This document shows positions 27,580 through 40,468 of a stretch of DNA of 64,000 nt, one piece after another. The position numbers and the translations under genes are program-made. Every line of letters starts with the position of its first letter. Position 1 is the stretch's first letter. The notes under the pieces were generated by a model, which was given only the letters and a program-made list of their open reading frames with translations, was not told the DNA's origin and did no database searches. Source of the stretch: Octopus vulgaris (lineage: Eukaryota); assembly GCA_951406725.2 (NCBI GenBank), contig OX597816.1:181350001-181414000 (forward strand). The letters are read 5' to 3'.

Positions 27580-28720
27580 TTGCTCGTTTCAACACACGAT
27601 CTCAGATCAAAATACTTGCCTGCCATAAAAACACTAAGGACATAAAAACATACAAAGGACAACAAAACATAACATTACACCTCATCTCAAAACACTACTG
27701 TATATATCAACTCAAAACCCTAGAAACAATGAGGTATACAACACTATTGTGCAAAATCTTCCTTTACTAACTAGAGACCAAAAAATTATCAATGTCCTGA
27801 AAACACATAAATTCATCAAATGCAAAAAGCAACGCAAATCACTAAAGAGACTTCTAACAAATGCGAAGGTTTACGCAACAACCACGAAACCAACGGTTAA
27901 AAAATGTTGACGCCCAAACTGGGAAACATGCCCCAACCTAAGTGAAGGCTCTGATTTCCTTTTCAAAGAAAGAGAGACGTTCACAATTAAAACCAGTTTC
28001 GCATGTGTCTCTGAATATCTAATTTATGTAATAACCTGCTCGGATTGTGGACAAAACTATATAGGACAGGAGAGTATGACATTGAGATGGAGAACCACTC
28101 TGCATAAAGAGCAGATCCGATTCCCACAATATAGACAGATTCCTATAAGTGAACACATAGGGAGATGTGCAGGTAGCATCAAACCAAATTTCAGTTTCCC
28201 CATCTACCAGTGAAAACATACGATTCCTATACAAGAACGTTTAAATAAAGAAAATTTATTCATCAAAAACTGCAGAACACGTCTAAATATGCACGCATGA
28301 CCAACTTTGATCTCTCTATATATTTCAATTCACGATTACATACCCATCACTGTACATATTTCTCCCCACTACTCTAGCTTTTGAATTTTTGTGTCTATAT
28401 ACCCCCCCCCCGCCATCGAAAGATGAACAATTATCTCCTTTATCTTCAATAATAACGATCACCAATTATTCCCCCTTAAATTTTTCTACTTATTGAATCA
28501 TTCATTCATAAACTCCACACAACATGGGCAAAACACTTTTCTTAAGAAAATACGTAATTAAAATAATTTTAATGTCATGATTAGCGAAAATGAAACCGGT
28601 CAACAAACACAATATAAAATATATTTTAAAATATATTAAAACTATGTAAAGTATGTGCATTTTCCTCCTTTAATTTCTTATATATATAACAACTCATCAC
28701 GTGGGGATAACCGAAATTCC
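27580..28720 (+). pseudogene. Decayed Penelope-like element 3' part (GIY-YIG endonuclease)
   Basis: Manual translation from about 28009: SEYLIYVITCSDCGQNYIGQESMTLRWRTTLHKEQIRFPQYRQIPISEHIGRC; hammerhead-like 3' half GAAACCGGTC at about 28592. Confidence 0.8.
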
Positions 28721-28947
28721 TCCCTTTCTGTTACAGTGTGTGCGTGTGTGTGTGTGTGTCTGTGTGTGTGTGTGTGTGTGTTGTTTATTTATGCATTAAG
28801 GCTACCATTCTTTCATAAAAATTGTTCAGATATTGGGATATTTTCTTAATAGGAAGCCAATGGTAGCCTTTACACGCAAATAAAGAACTTTTATCCACCA
28901 GTACAGTGTTGAGCACTCATTATCATTGTTCGACATTTACTTATATG

Positions 28948-29081
<134 letters not shown>

Positions 29082-29994
29082 ATTTCGTGAATAGATATAC
29101 ATACATGTGTGTGAGAAGGCGCATATGTGTGTGTGAAGGCGCATATGTGTGTGTGAAGGCGCATATGTGTGTGTGCGTGTGTGTGAGAGAAAGAAGTGGG
29201 GTAAATATCGTAAAAAATATTTGAAAATAATTTAAGGTAACTTGCAAGTAATTTTGTAAAATGGTAGTAAAAAACTGTAGAGAAGGCTGTACAGAAGTTC
29301 TTCTGAGAAGAACCCACCTCCTACCTCATGCAAGTATTTTAGCCCTTAATTCTTTACACTCTAAGAGGACCGAGCCACATCAAGGTCATGACTCTTAGAT
29401 ACCCTTCTGCTACCACACGTTGTGCTATTGTTTGCATTACAATCTGCATTTTCCTGGATGGTCGTTTCCCAGAGTCAAAGTAACTTGAACATCGTAATCA
29501 CCTTGATTTGTAACAGCAGTTGAACGTTAGGTGAATTATGCCTTCACTTTCATTTTTCCTTAACCAGATTTGGTAAGAGCTCTTCTTAAATTAGTTTCAA
29601 ATATTTTTTACGATACTTAGTTATTTCTAAAAATTTCACGCAAACGAAAAAAAGTTAATAGACTTACGTACAGCACACAGGTAAGCATATAGCACATTTA
29701 CGAAACATAACAGTTTGGCACATATATATATATATATATATATATATCAGACTTAAACGAAACTTAAACTTTAAATTATATGGGTTGCTAAAGTTATAAA
29801 TGAAAATTTTATTTGATTACGTTCTGAAATTAACTTGCCTATAAAATTTATATAACATATTACAAGCATTCACAGACTTACACACATTCACATACAAAAT
29901 ATACTGTCAAATATACGCACACATATCCCAAAACGATATAACTAAAGAACGAACACCTCAACTCACATTAAATATATAAAAAAATACATTTCTC

Positions 29995-30818
29995 CCCTTC
30001 CCTAATGTGCTGATCCGGTCCCTGTAAACCTGTCGTGCTGTAAAAGACGCGTTCAGTTTCCAGTAACCAGGACCCTGCCTATGTGTCTTATCTAAGTCAA
30101 GTGTACAAGTCACAAACTTGTGATCTGTGTAACTGACTATATGAAATTGTGGACAACCTACACTATTTTTATCTATTGTCCTACAGAATACTCTATCTAA
30201 GTATGATCTGGACGACCCGATGCGGTTACTCCATGTCCACATTGGCACATTCGGGTGGTCCAGTCGGTACCTGTCAGACAGTTGGAAACGTCTGAGCAGG
30301 TCTTTGAGGCATTTGCATCCCCTTCTATTGCTATCTCTGCCCACGTAGTCTAGATGCGTGTCCAGGGTGGCATTCCAATCCCCCACTAAAAGTAAAGGAC
30401 GAGACGTTCCCATGAAAGACTCTAGACGTCGAAAGAAATCTGGTCGGCCTGTTAAGGACGGAGCATAAACTGCTATCAGTCGAAAAGCACACTCATTGCT
30501 GCCATCGACATCCAAAACGACCAGCCTACCCAGTCTAGGAAATTTCCACGACCAGTCTAGGAAATTTGCTCTTACTTTGAGATCCAGACTCTTCCGGATA
30601 AGCACCGCGGTGCCACCTCCGCCCATTCTCGGTAGACACGGAGAAAAATAAATGTTGAAATGTGTACCGAAAATGTGCTGGAGTGCCCGCAAGCTGTGGA
30701 GTCTGGTCTCACTGATGGCTATGATATTCAGATTTAGTGACTTGATGTCATTTAACAGGTAGCCTTGTTTCCAAGGCGACCCCAAGCCACGTACATTTAT
30801 ACTACCTATTCTGAGCAT
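29995..30818 (-). pseudogene. ORF2 N-terminal APE endonuclease, truncated
   Basis: Close similarity to the first about 265 aa of the 1149-aa ORF2. Confidence 0.85.
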
Positions 30819-30860
30819 GTTCCGATAAAAGTGCAAAAAAGGAAAAGGAGAGAGAAAAGG

Positions 30861-33017
30861 TTACTTGTTTTTCGAAAGTTCTTTGTCTTTCACCTCACGG
30901 TCTTCTTCTATGAGGCTTTTATACAGTTTTTTCGATGAGTACTTTTGAAATCTCCCTACTGCATCAGGGTAAAGAGATTTCAGGGTGCTGTATGTGTTCT
31001 GTGTCACGTGTATTATTTTAATGTGTTGTGGTGGTGTTGTGTGTGGGTGGTTACTTGTTTTTATGTCGTTTTCAGTAATGTTAGTGTTTGACCTAATGTG
31101 TTCCATTAGGTCGTGGTTGTTTGTGTTTATGGCTGTCAACATTTTTGGGGGGTTTGATGATGATGTGTTTGTGTTGATATGTGTGTTTTCTGTGGATGTT
31201 TTTGTTTCGGGAGTGGTGTATCTTCCCGCTTTGTTTGTTATTTTTCTTTTCTTTTTTTCCCCTTTTTCTTCTCCCCCCTGTGGCTATTTGCCAATCTTCC
31301 GTGTCTTCTTCGTCTAATGACAAATCAGACGAATCGGAGTCTGGAAGAGGGAAAATATTGGGGTCTATTGTCGACTGTGTTGGTTTTGTTGTTGGTGTTG
31401 GTTGGTGAGCGTTTGGTTGTGGTGTATGCGGTTTTGGAGGTGGGGTTTGGGTATTTTGTGTTTGAGTGATTGTAGGTATTGTTGTGTTGTTTAGGGTCTC
31501 AATTTTGTGGGGATTTGGAGTTGTAATTGTTTCTTCATTTTTGCTGGGTGTCTTTTTGGCAGATGTCCTTGGTTTGGGAGTTGGTATATTCTTGGTTGTT
31601 GTTGTTGGTGATGCTGCTTCTGTTCTTGGTGCTGCAGTTGGTGTGGTTGTTTGTTTGGTGAGGTTTGTTCCTGCAAAAAGTGGTGTGGGTAGTAAACCTT
31701 GTTTATTTGTTTTTGTTTCCGGCTGCTGTTGTTGTTGCTGTTGTTTTCTTGCGGCAGATTTGCAGTCTTTTTTAGGTGTTGCTCACTGCCGCATATGTAG
31801 CAACGTGGTCTTCTGCCATCGACGACCACATATAACTTGTGGTCGTCTGATACACATATCTGGGTGGGTATTTTTTTTATATCTTCATGATGTATATGTA
31901 GAAGAAATTCTACTTTTTTTCCCACCCAGTTTTTATGCTCTGTGACTGTGGTTTCCAAAATAGCATAATTTGTCATTTTTACGCATAAGGCCTTTACAAG
32001 CCATAGATTATTGGCTATTTTGGGGACATTGTTTAGAGTGATCTAAGTCACTTTCTGTCCCCGATAGCTTGGTGTAAGTTGGAGTTCATCTGAGTGAAGA
32101 GTTAGCGTTGAGAAATGTCTAGCTAACTCTTCGGTGTATAAAACAACTTGTATGTGGGCAAATTTGTTCCACCAGGTTACATATTCTTTGTGATTCCAGA
32201 TGGGTTTCAAGCACTTCTCTATTTTGCTTGTGTTAGCCTTCTCTGGGATTTTTGTTTTTTTGTTAACTATTTTATAAATGATTGTTCGTCTTTTTTCATT
32301 TTCCAAAATGTCTTCTGGTATGTTTATTTTTACTATACCATCTGATTCTGTTATTTTAATGTTCGTGTCCTGTATTTGTTGAGCCGTAAAATATATTGTT
32401 GTTTTTTTTTCTTTAATCGCCTCAGCGAAATTTGTTGTTGTTTTGTTATTGTTGTTGCTTGTGGTGATGTTGTTGTTGGCTGCAGTTTGTAAAATTGGTG
32501 TGTTTGGTTCGATTGTGCAAGTAGGAAGGGGTGGAAAATTGCCTGCGTACTTTAGTCCTGCACTAGCGCAAATTTCGACATTTCGTTTGCTTGTCGTCGT
32601 TATTTTCTCACTTGTTGGTGATGGAGTGAGCAGTGGTTGAGGGGAATTGTTGTTGTCATCGTTGTTGTTGTTGTTATTGTCGTTCTTGGTGACGGCGGTG
32701 GTGTTTGTAGTATTAGTAGCATTGACGGCACGGTCTTTGGTGGCGGTGATGGTGATGTTGGTGTTGTTATTGGTGGCGATGTCTTTAGTAGGGATAGCAG
32801 TTTTAGTAGCAGATTCTGCCATGGTGTTGGTGGTGGTGGACTCACTGATGGTGTTGACGGTGCTTGGCCTTGCGACCTTTGTTTTGTATTTGTTGCTGTT
32901 GTCGATGTTGATGGTGGTGGAGTTGTCAGGTTCAGCATATGCTAACAGAGCATCCTGTTTTTCTGTTTGTGCGTCACGCTTGACTTGCACCTCAGCCTCG
33001 TGGTGGCCAGTGGCCAT
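30861..33017 (-). pseudogene. ORF1 (zinc-knuckle RNA-binding protein) of family A, frameshifted
   Basis: ORF pieces 32043-33047, 31491-31976, 31093-31323 and 30861-31142 are similar to family B ORF1 (WQIATGG, NHPHTTPP, SKKLYK). Confidence 0.8.
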
Positions 33018-33236
33018 TTTGGAAATAAAATGGCTAAATGAAACCACGAAGGCTATGAGAATTTTTTCTTTTAAATTTTGCCCACAAGGGGCAAAATTTT
33101 GTGTCGATATTTATCAAAGGTTTACAGTGGATGTTGTTGCACAACTTTTAAGCACAAAATGTTTGTCAATATACACTTTTAAATAGTCAAAATAAATGAT
33201 TACCTTCGGAGCTGAAACGACATCACATCCGTCAAT

Positions 33237-33303
<67 letters not shown>

Positions 33304-33304
33304 G

Positions 33305-33388
<84 letters not shown>
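33237..33388. repeat. (GAAA)n(GATA)n spacer between LINE copies
   Basis: Seen directly. Confidence 0.95.
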
Positions 33389-33390
<2 letters not shown>

Positions 33391-33698
33391 CTTTTTATTG
33401 TAGCCACACAGGGCTAAACACAGAATAAAAATGGACGAAATACAATGTAGAATTTTTTCTTTTCGAGGTGGGATGGGTGGGGCAAGAAGAAAAAAAAAAA
33501 AAAAAAAAAAGAAACGTTTGATCAATAGGGATCTGTGGGTTGTGTGGTGTATAAAAAAGCAATATATATATATATATAAGGTTCACAGTTTTGGTGTAGT
33601 CTTGGAAAGAAAAACCTACAAAAAAGACCAAGGTCACCTCAGGCAATTCGAAAAAGAACACATGAGTAAGTCGCCTTACTTCTCGTTGTCTCTTTTGG

Positions 33699-36600
33699 TT
33701 ACAGATTTATGCTTAAAATAGTGTCGTCTTTCATACTGACCATTTTTGCCACTTTTACCCACTTTTTATTAAAACATTCGTTCGACAAAGCCTTCCTCTC
33801 TATTCTCATCCTCCTTTTCAAGTGGTACTTGAAAAAGTTGACGAGAGACTGACCAGAGAGGAAGGTGTTTGTTTGCAGTCCTTTCAAACGCGTCCACCAC
33901 ACACATTCTTTCGCCATAGCCATCAGCGTAACGAAAACCGTTTTCCCTTCCCGTTTAAAGGAAGGTGGTGGAACAATATTCACAATAGACTCGGCCGATA
34001 GGCGAGCCTGACCTACACGTGACAACAGCTGTTCGACGAAGGACCACAGCTCTGAAATATCTGGACACTGCACGAGTGCGTGCAGAACGGTTTCGTCGCT
34101 CTGACCGCATCTCGGGCAGGTCGGTCCGGTGATGGTTTTCGAACCGTGTCTGTAGCTCTTCTCTCGAACAGGTAGTGCGTCTCGATAGCACTGCCAAGCC
34201 AGGGATTTCTGGAAGTTATCCATAGGCCCCGGCCCGAACGTCGTCCTGAACAGGCGGGTTAGGAATTCCTCGTCGACGCCCAGGCTTGCCCCGAGTGTGT
34301 CGTCGGACCTCCCCTCCACTAGTCCTCTATAGAACGCTTTAGTCGTTTGGAAGTTGCACAAGTTTGACCCCGGTCGGCAGAGCTGCTGTAGAGCTTGGCG
34401 ACACTCTCGGTGCCAATCGCCCAGTTTCGGTCTCTTTTTGATCCACGTTTGCAGTTCGGTCAGTGAGACGAGCTGCGGGAAGTCGCGCCTCACAAACGGC
34501 GCCCACACCTGTTCACCGTCGTCGATGAATTTCCAGAGATGTCGCAGTCTCAGCGCATGCCTGCGCATCATCAACCACGGCATGCCCAGTCCTCCATTCA
34601 ACGGATGTTGACAGCAAATGGACTTCCTCACCATCGGAACGCCACCCTTCCACAGGAAGCGGAAGAGTATGCGTTCCAGTTTGGTGATGGTGGCGTCGGG
34701 ACAAGGTACGACGGTCAGGCGGTAATCGATGACGGATGCGATGTACGCGTTCGCCACCTCCGCCCGGCCTTTTAGAGACAGCTTTCTCTCGGCCCATGTT
34801 TGGCTGAGAGCGACCACTCTACTCGTGATCTCGTCCCAGTTCTTATCCATTTGGAGGTCCGGACTGAACCAGACCCCGAGCAATTTAACCGGTCCGTCCG
34901 TCCAGCGTCCCACTACTGAGCCGCAGTCGGACGGCATGGGCTTGCTTCTCCAGGTGCCGAGTAGCAAACCCACTGACTTTTCCGGGTTAATCTTTGCTCC
35001 CGTCACCGTTTCATATTTTCTTAGTGTCTCGCCGACCAGCTCGATGTGCTGGTAGCTCGACACTATGACGGTGACATCGTCCGCATATGCCGACACGCTC
35101 GTCCCGCAACCCAGTTCCCGTGGGATGCCCCTCAGTGTCGCCAGCTTCCGCAGTAGCGGCTCGAGAGTCAATACATACAGAAGCGCCGACAGGGGACACC
35201 CCTGACGGACCGAACGCGTGATGTCAAACGGTTTAGACAGGTGACCGTTTACCCGAATCACCGATCGGATGCCGCTATACAAGGCAGCGATCCAACCGCG
35301 GAAGACGAGACCGAAGCCAGCCGCCCTGAGGACGGCCGCCAAGTACCGATGGTCGACCCTATCGAAGGCTTTAGACTGATCCAAATTTATCAGCGCCCCA
35401 CCCATGCCAGGATCCTTAACTACCCTGTCCACAATGTAGCGCATCAGATGGAGGTTGTCATGTATGGTTCTGCCCGGCACGGCGCATGTTTGCGCCCTGT
35501 CGACCAGTTTACCAATGACAAGCGCCAACCTCTCGGCTATTACTTTGGCCAAAATTTTCAAATCTGCGTTGAGCAGAGTGATGGGCCTGAAATTATCTAT
35601 AAAATTCCCCTTGTTTGAGTCTTTCTTCAGCAACGTCACTGCACCTCGGCTCACGAAACCGGGGATTCTCCCGTTTTGTTGCCAGTTGCAGTAGACTGAT
35701 GCCAAGAGGTCGCCAAACAAGTCTGGCATTCGACAATACAGTTCGTAGGGTAAACCATCCAATCCAGGCGACTTATCCCTCGCGCAGCCCGCCATCGCAT
35801 CCCACACGTCAGCGGCTGTGATGGGACTTTCACAACACTCCGCCTCTCTTGCCGAGAGCCACGGCAGGTCGGTCAGGTAGGCACTGAAATCCATCCCTCG
35901 TTCCGACCCACCACTCGCACCAAACAGTCGAGCAAAGTGCTGTTGAAAGGCCTCACACATCCTTTCGGGTTCGAGTAAACTGCATCCCTGTTGATCTATT
36001 AGAGACCGAATGGTTGATCTGTTGCCACGCTGCGCCTCCGCTACCCGGGCCTCTCGCGCAGCTTCAATCCCTTCGTTCCTTAAGGCACGCATTTTAGCTC
36101 TGACGACGCAACCTTCGTGCTTGGCGTTGAGGTGTTGGTCGAGGGCCATCCTCGCAGCCAGCACGTTGGTTGCGCTGCCAGTGGTAAGTGCCTCTTCTAG
36201 TTTCTTAACTAAGTCTCCCTCTACTCTATTTCGTTCTATCGCTAATTCCTTGCTAAACCTAATTGATTCCGATTTTATTGCCATTTTCAGGGCGTACCAC
36301 CAGCGGTTGTTAACGACCGCTCCCGTCAGCGCCCTCTTAATTAACTCGCTAATCCGGTTCCTGTAAACCTGTCGCGCTAACAGCGACGTGTTCAGTTTCC
36401 AGTAACCGGGACCCTGCCTATGTGTTTTATCTAAGTCGAGCGTACACGTAACAAATTTGTGATCTGTGTAGCTGACTATTTTAAATTGTGGACATCCTAC
36501 ACTATCCCTATCCGCTGTCCTGCATAGAATTCTATCTAGATAAGATCTCGACGATCCGACGCGGTTTGTCCAAGTCCACGTTGGCACGTTCGGATGGTCG

Positions 36601-37148
36601 AGTCGGAACCTGTCAGACAAATGGAAACGTCTGAGCAGGTCTTTGAGGCTCTTACACCCCCTTCTATTCCTATCCCTTCCCACATAATCTAGATGCGTGT
36701 CCAAGGTAGCGTTCCAATCCCCTACTAACAGTAAAGGTCTAGACGTACCCAGGAAAACCTCTAGACGTCTGAAGAAATCCGCCCGACCCGTTAAGGACGG
36801 TGCATAAACTGCCATCAGACGGAATGCACACCCATTTCTGCCATCCACGTCCAAGACAACCAGCCTACCCTCCGGGTCTAGGAATATTGCTCTTACTTTT
36901 ACCTTTAGACTCTTTCGAAAAAGCACCGCAGTACCTCCACCACCCATGTTCGGCAGACAGGGAGAAAAATAAATGTCAAATTGATTGCCAAACATGGACT
37001 CGAGGGCCCGCGGCTTACTGAGTCTGGTTTCGCTGATAGCTACTATATCCACGTCCAGTGACTTGATGTCGTTTAGAAGGTAACCTTGCTTCCAAGCCGA
37101 CGCCAAGCCACGCGCATTCACACAACCTAATTTAAGCATACTTGACAA
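33699..37148 (-). CDS. Tx1/L1 ORF2: APE endonuclease + reverse transcriptase + C-terminal zinc finger (1149 aa)
   Basis: NARGL, SET, VYAP, GDWN, TDH; KSPGLDG, NFRPITL, DQSKAFD, VRQGCPLS, YADD; CPRC..ETVLHALVQC. Confidence 0.95.
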   Translation of the reverse strand: MSSMLKLGCVNARGLASAWKQGYLLNDIKSLDVDIVAISETRLSKPRALESMFGNQFDIYFSPCLPNMGGGGTAVLFRKSLKVKVRAIFLDPEGRLVVLDVDGRNGCAFRLMAVYAPSLTGRADFFRRLEVFLGTSRPLLLVGDWNATLDTHLDYVGRDRNRRGCKSLKDLLRRFHLSDRFRLDHPNVPTWTWTNRVGSSRSYLDRILCRTADRDSVGCPQFKIVSYTDHKFVTCTLDLDKTHRQGPGYWKLNTSLLARQVYRNRISELIKRALTGAVVNNRWWYALKMAIKSESIRFSKELAIERNRVEGDLVKKLEEALTTGSATNVLAARMALDQHLNAKHEGCVVRAKMRALRNEGIEAAREARVAEAQRGNRSTIRSLIDQQGCSLLEPERMCEAFQQHFARLFGASGGSERGMDFSAYLTDLPWLSAREAECCESPITAADVWDAMAGCARDKSPGLDGLPYELYCRMPDLFGDLLASVYCNWQQNGRIPGFVSRGAVTLLKKDSNKGNFIDNFRPITLLNADLKILAKVIAERLALVIGKLVDRAQTCAVPGRTIHDNLHLMRYIVDRVVKDPGMGGALINLDQSKAFDRVDHRYLAAVLRAAGFGLVFRGWIAALYSGIRSVIRVNGHLSKPFDITRSVRQGCPLSALLYVLTLEPLLRKLATLRGIPRELGCGTSVSAYADDVTVIVSSYQHIELVGETLRKYETVTGAKINPEKSVGLLLGTWRSKPMPSDCGSVVGRWTDGPVKLLGVWFSPDLQMDKNWDEITSRVVALSQTWAERKLSLKGRAEVANAYIASVIDYRLTVVPCPDATITKLERILFRFLWKGGVPMVRKSICCQHPLNGGLGMPWLMMRRHALRLRHLWKFIDDGEQVWAPFVRRDFPQLVSLTELQTWIKKRPKLGDWHRECRQALQQLCRPGSNLCNFQTTKAFYRGLVEGRSDDTLGASLGVDEEFLTRLFRTTFGPGPMDNFQKSLAWQCYRDALPVREKSYRHGSKTITGPTCPRCGQSDETVLHALVQCPDISELWSFVEQLLSRVGQARLSAESIVNIVPPPSFKREGKTVFVTLMAMAKECVWWTRLKGLQTNTFLSGQSLVNFFKYHLKRRMRIERKALSNECFNKKWVKVAKMVSMKDDTILSINL

Positions 37149-37205
37149 TTACGAAAATTGTGTTTTACACACTATATTAGAAGAGACAAGAGGCAAGAAG
37201 TGAGG

Positions 37206-40164
37206 TCACTTACTCATTTTAAAAGTTTCATTTTTTTCTTCTTCTTTTGTATCGTTTTTGATGAGGTGTTTGTATAGTTTTTTCGACAGGTATCGTTGAT
37301 ACCCGCCTACCGCATTCGGAAATAATGTTTTCAGTATGTGGTGTTGTGCTTGTGTTATGTGTAAAATTCTGATGTGTTTCGGTGGTGTGGTGTGCGGATG
37401 ATTGTTTGTCTTAAAATCATCTTCACAGACGACCATGTTAGATTTGATGTAGTCCATTAATTCTTTATTGTCTGTGTCTATTGCAGTTAGTTGTGTGTGT
37501 GGTTTTACGGGTTCATTACTTTTTTGATTGTCTAGGGGAATGTTGTCCTGAGTGAGATATCTCCCTGCTTTAATTCCTTGTTTGGTGGATTTTTTGGATC
37601 TTTTTCTTTACCCCCTGTGGCTATTTGCCATTCCGTCGAACTTTCGTCGTCCGAGGTATCAGTATGGGGTAGAGGAAAAAGAACAGGATCACTATGTATG
37701 CTTGTATAAATTGTTGATGTTTTGTGCGGTGTTTGTGTTGTTGTGGTGTTAGGGGTAGCATTTGTCTTCTCGTCAGTGTTTTCTGTCTTTTTAATTGTCG
37801 TCCTGGGTGTGGGTGTGGGTCGATTTTTTGAAGATTCAACAAGTTTAATTGGTTGTGACGTCAACGGTGATTGTGTTGGTACTGTTTTTCTTGGTGATGT
37901 TGTTGGGGTTTGTTGTTTTTCTTGGCGTTGTTCCATAATTGAGTGTGTTGGTGTTGGTGTTGGCAACAAAGGGATTTTATTTGTTTTCTGAATTGTTCTT
38001 TCTTGTTTTTTCTGTACCAGATCGCACTTAGCAATCAAATGTTCGGGGCTGCCACATTTGTAGATCTAGGCTTTTTGCCTTCTGCCATAACATATAGGCA
38101 TTGCCCATTCTCCAAGTATATCTTGTCGGGTAGGCTCTCGATAGAGGCCCCCTCAATCTGGATGGTCACAACTAATGTTTTTCCACCCCAATTGTCGTTT
38201 AGGTACACAGCTGTTTCTAGAATATTGATCTTTTTCAAGTGGTAACAGATTGCCCCTGTTATCCATTTGTTCGGCATATCGGGGGTACATTTCTGATAGT
38301 AATTCTACTCACCCTCTGGTTTTTATAATAAGGGACCATGATGATTTCATCATTTCCCAGAGACTCAGTAGAGTGAGCTTTTGCCACTTCCTGGTTAGGG
38401 AAGCGGACCACTACTGTGTTAAACTGTGGACCCCAGTTTATATACTCTTTTTCTTTCATTATATTTTTTAAACATTTCTCCACATCAGTTTTTGTAATCT
38501 GTTCATTTGGTTTTTTGTTTTTTCTAATAATTTTATATACAATTGTCTTATTTTCAATTTCTTGTTTTATATGTTGAGGTGTATGCAGGACTAAATCTTG
38601 TCCACGGGTTGTAAAGAGAGCTCTTGTTTCTATGAGCTCTTCATTTGTGAATGTAACAATCTCCTTTTTCTGGCGAAGAATATCTGCGAAATTTACTGTT
38701 GTTGACTTTTTTGTATTGGCATCTTCACTATTAGATAGTTCATTTTTATTGTTGTTCTTGTTGTTGCTGTTGTTTTTGTCAATAGTTTTCGTTTCAGTTT
38801 TATTTTTATCATTTGTTGATGTTTTGTGCGGTGTTTGTGTTGTTGTGGTGTTAGGGGTAGCATTTGTCTTCTCGTCAGTGTTTTCTGTCTTTTTAATTGT
38901 CGTCCTGGGTGTGGGTGTGGGTCGATTTTTTGAAGATTCAACAAGTTTAATTGGTTGTGACGTCAACGGTGATTGTGTTGGTACTGTTTTTCTTGGTGAT
39001 GTTGTTGGGGTTTGTTGTTTTTCTTGGCGTTGTTCCATAATTGAGTGTGTTGGTGTTGGTGTTGGCAACAAAGGGATTTTATTTGTTTTCTGAATTGTTC
39101 TTTCTTGTTTTTTCTGTACCAGATCGCACTTAGCAATCAAATGTTCGGGGCTGCCACATTTGTAGATCTAGGCTTTTTGCCTTCTGCCATAACATATAGG
39201 CATTGCCCATTCTCCAAGTATATCTTGTCGGGTAGGCTCTCGATAGAGGTCCCCTCAATCTGGATGGTCACAACTAATGTTTTTCCACCCCAATTGTCGT
39301 TTAGGTACACAGCTGTTTCTAGAATATTGATCTTTTTCAAGTGGTAACAGATTGCCCCTGTTATCCATTTGTTCGGCATATCGGGGGGTACATTTCTGAT
39401 AGTAATTCTACTCACCCTCTGGTTTTTATAATAAGGGACCATGATGATTTCATCATTTCCCAGAGACTCAGTAGAGTGAGCTTTTGCCACTTCCTGGTTA
39501 GGGAAGCGGACCACTACTGTGTTAAACTGTGGACCCCAGTTTATATACTCTTTTTCTTTCATTATATTTTTTAAACATTTCTCCACATCAGTTTTTGTAA
39601 TCTGTTCATTTGGTTTTTTGTTTTTTCTAATAATTTTATATACAATTGTCTTATTTTCAATTTCTTGTTTTATATGTTGAGGTGTATGCAGGACTAAATC
39701 TTGTCCACGGGTTGTAAAGAGAGCTCTTGTTTCTATGAGCTCTTCATTTGTGAATGTAACAATCTCCTTTTTCTGGCGAAGAATATCTGCGAAATTTACT
39801 GTTGTTGACTTTTTTGTATTGGCATCTTCACTATTAGATAGTTCATTTTTATTGTTGTTCTTGTTGTTGCTGTTGTTTTTGTCAATAGTTTTCGTTTCAG
39901 TTTTATTTTTATCATTTATGTTGGTCGTGGTAGTGGTGGTGGTGGAGGTGGTAGCAGTTGTTGTCTCGTGGTTGCTGTTGTTAGTGGTGGTGGTGGCGTT
40001 GGTGACAGGGCTGTTAACGCACGTGGTTGCAGCGTTCCTTTCACCGAATTTCACGTTGGCATTTTCCGTGCGAACGTTCTTTTTTTTTCTGTCGTTTCCA
40101 GACTAGGAAAATGTTGTTCCAAAAAAGAACGCGACCAGCGTTCAACAATAAAATTTCTAGACAT
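37206..40164 (-). pseudogene. ORF1 of B1 (duplicated, frameshifted)
   Basis: Same peptides as B2 ORF1; 1-nt deletion in the zinc-knuckle codons in both duplicate copies. Confidence 0.8.
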
Positions 40165-40372
40165 TTTCTAATGTCGAGAAGAAAATAACAGAAATGAAAT
40201 GGGGTCGAAACTGCCCCTAGGGGCGAATTCCTCCCTTGGAATGGCACTCAAATGAAAGTTTGTTGCCTTACACACCTTATTTGCAAAAATCTACACAAAA
40301 ATTGGCCTATAAATAGTCAAAATAAATGATTACCTTCGGAGCTGAAACGACATCACATCCGTCAATAAATAA

Positions 40373-40467
<95 letters not shown>
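40373..40467. repeat. (GATA)n spacer
   Basis: Seen directly. Confidence 0.95.

Positions 40468-40468
<1 letters not shown>

Larger units (their letters stand above)
29995..33236 (-). mobile_element. Tx1-clade LINE family A, 3'-truncated (5' UTR, ORF1, APE part of ORF2)
   Basis: 5' end shared with family B; broken ORF1 33017-30861 with RCYICGSEQH; ORF2 start MLRIGSINVRG, GDWN, YTDH, truncated after GPGYWKLN..RDRIS. Confidence 0.9.
33389..40366 (-). mobile_element. Full-length Tx1-clade LINE B1 with a 1.1-kb duplication in ORF1
   Basis: Near-identical to B2; both ends abut (GATA)n. Confidence 0.95.
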
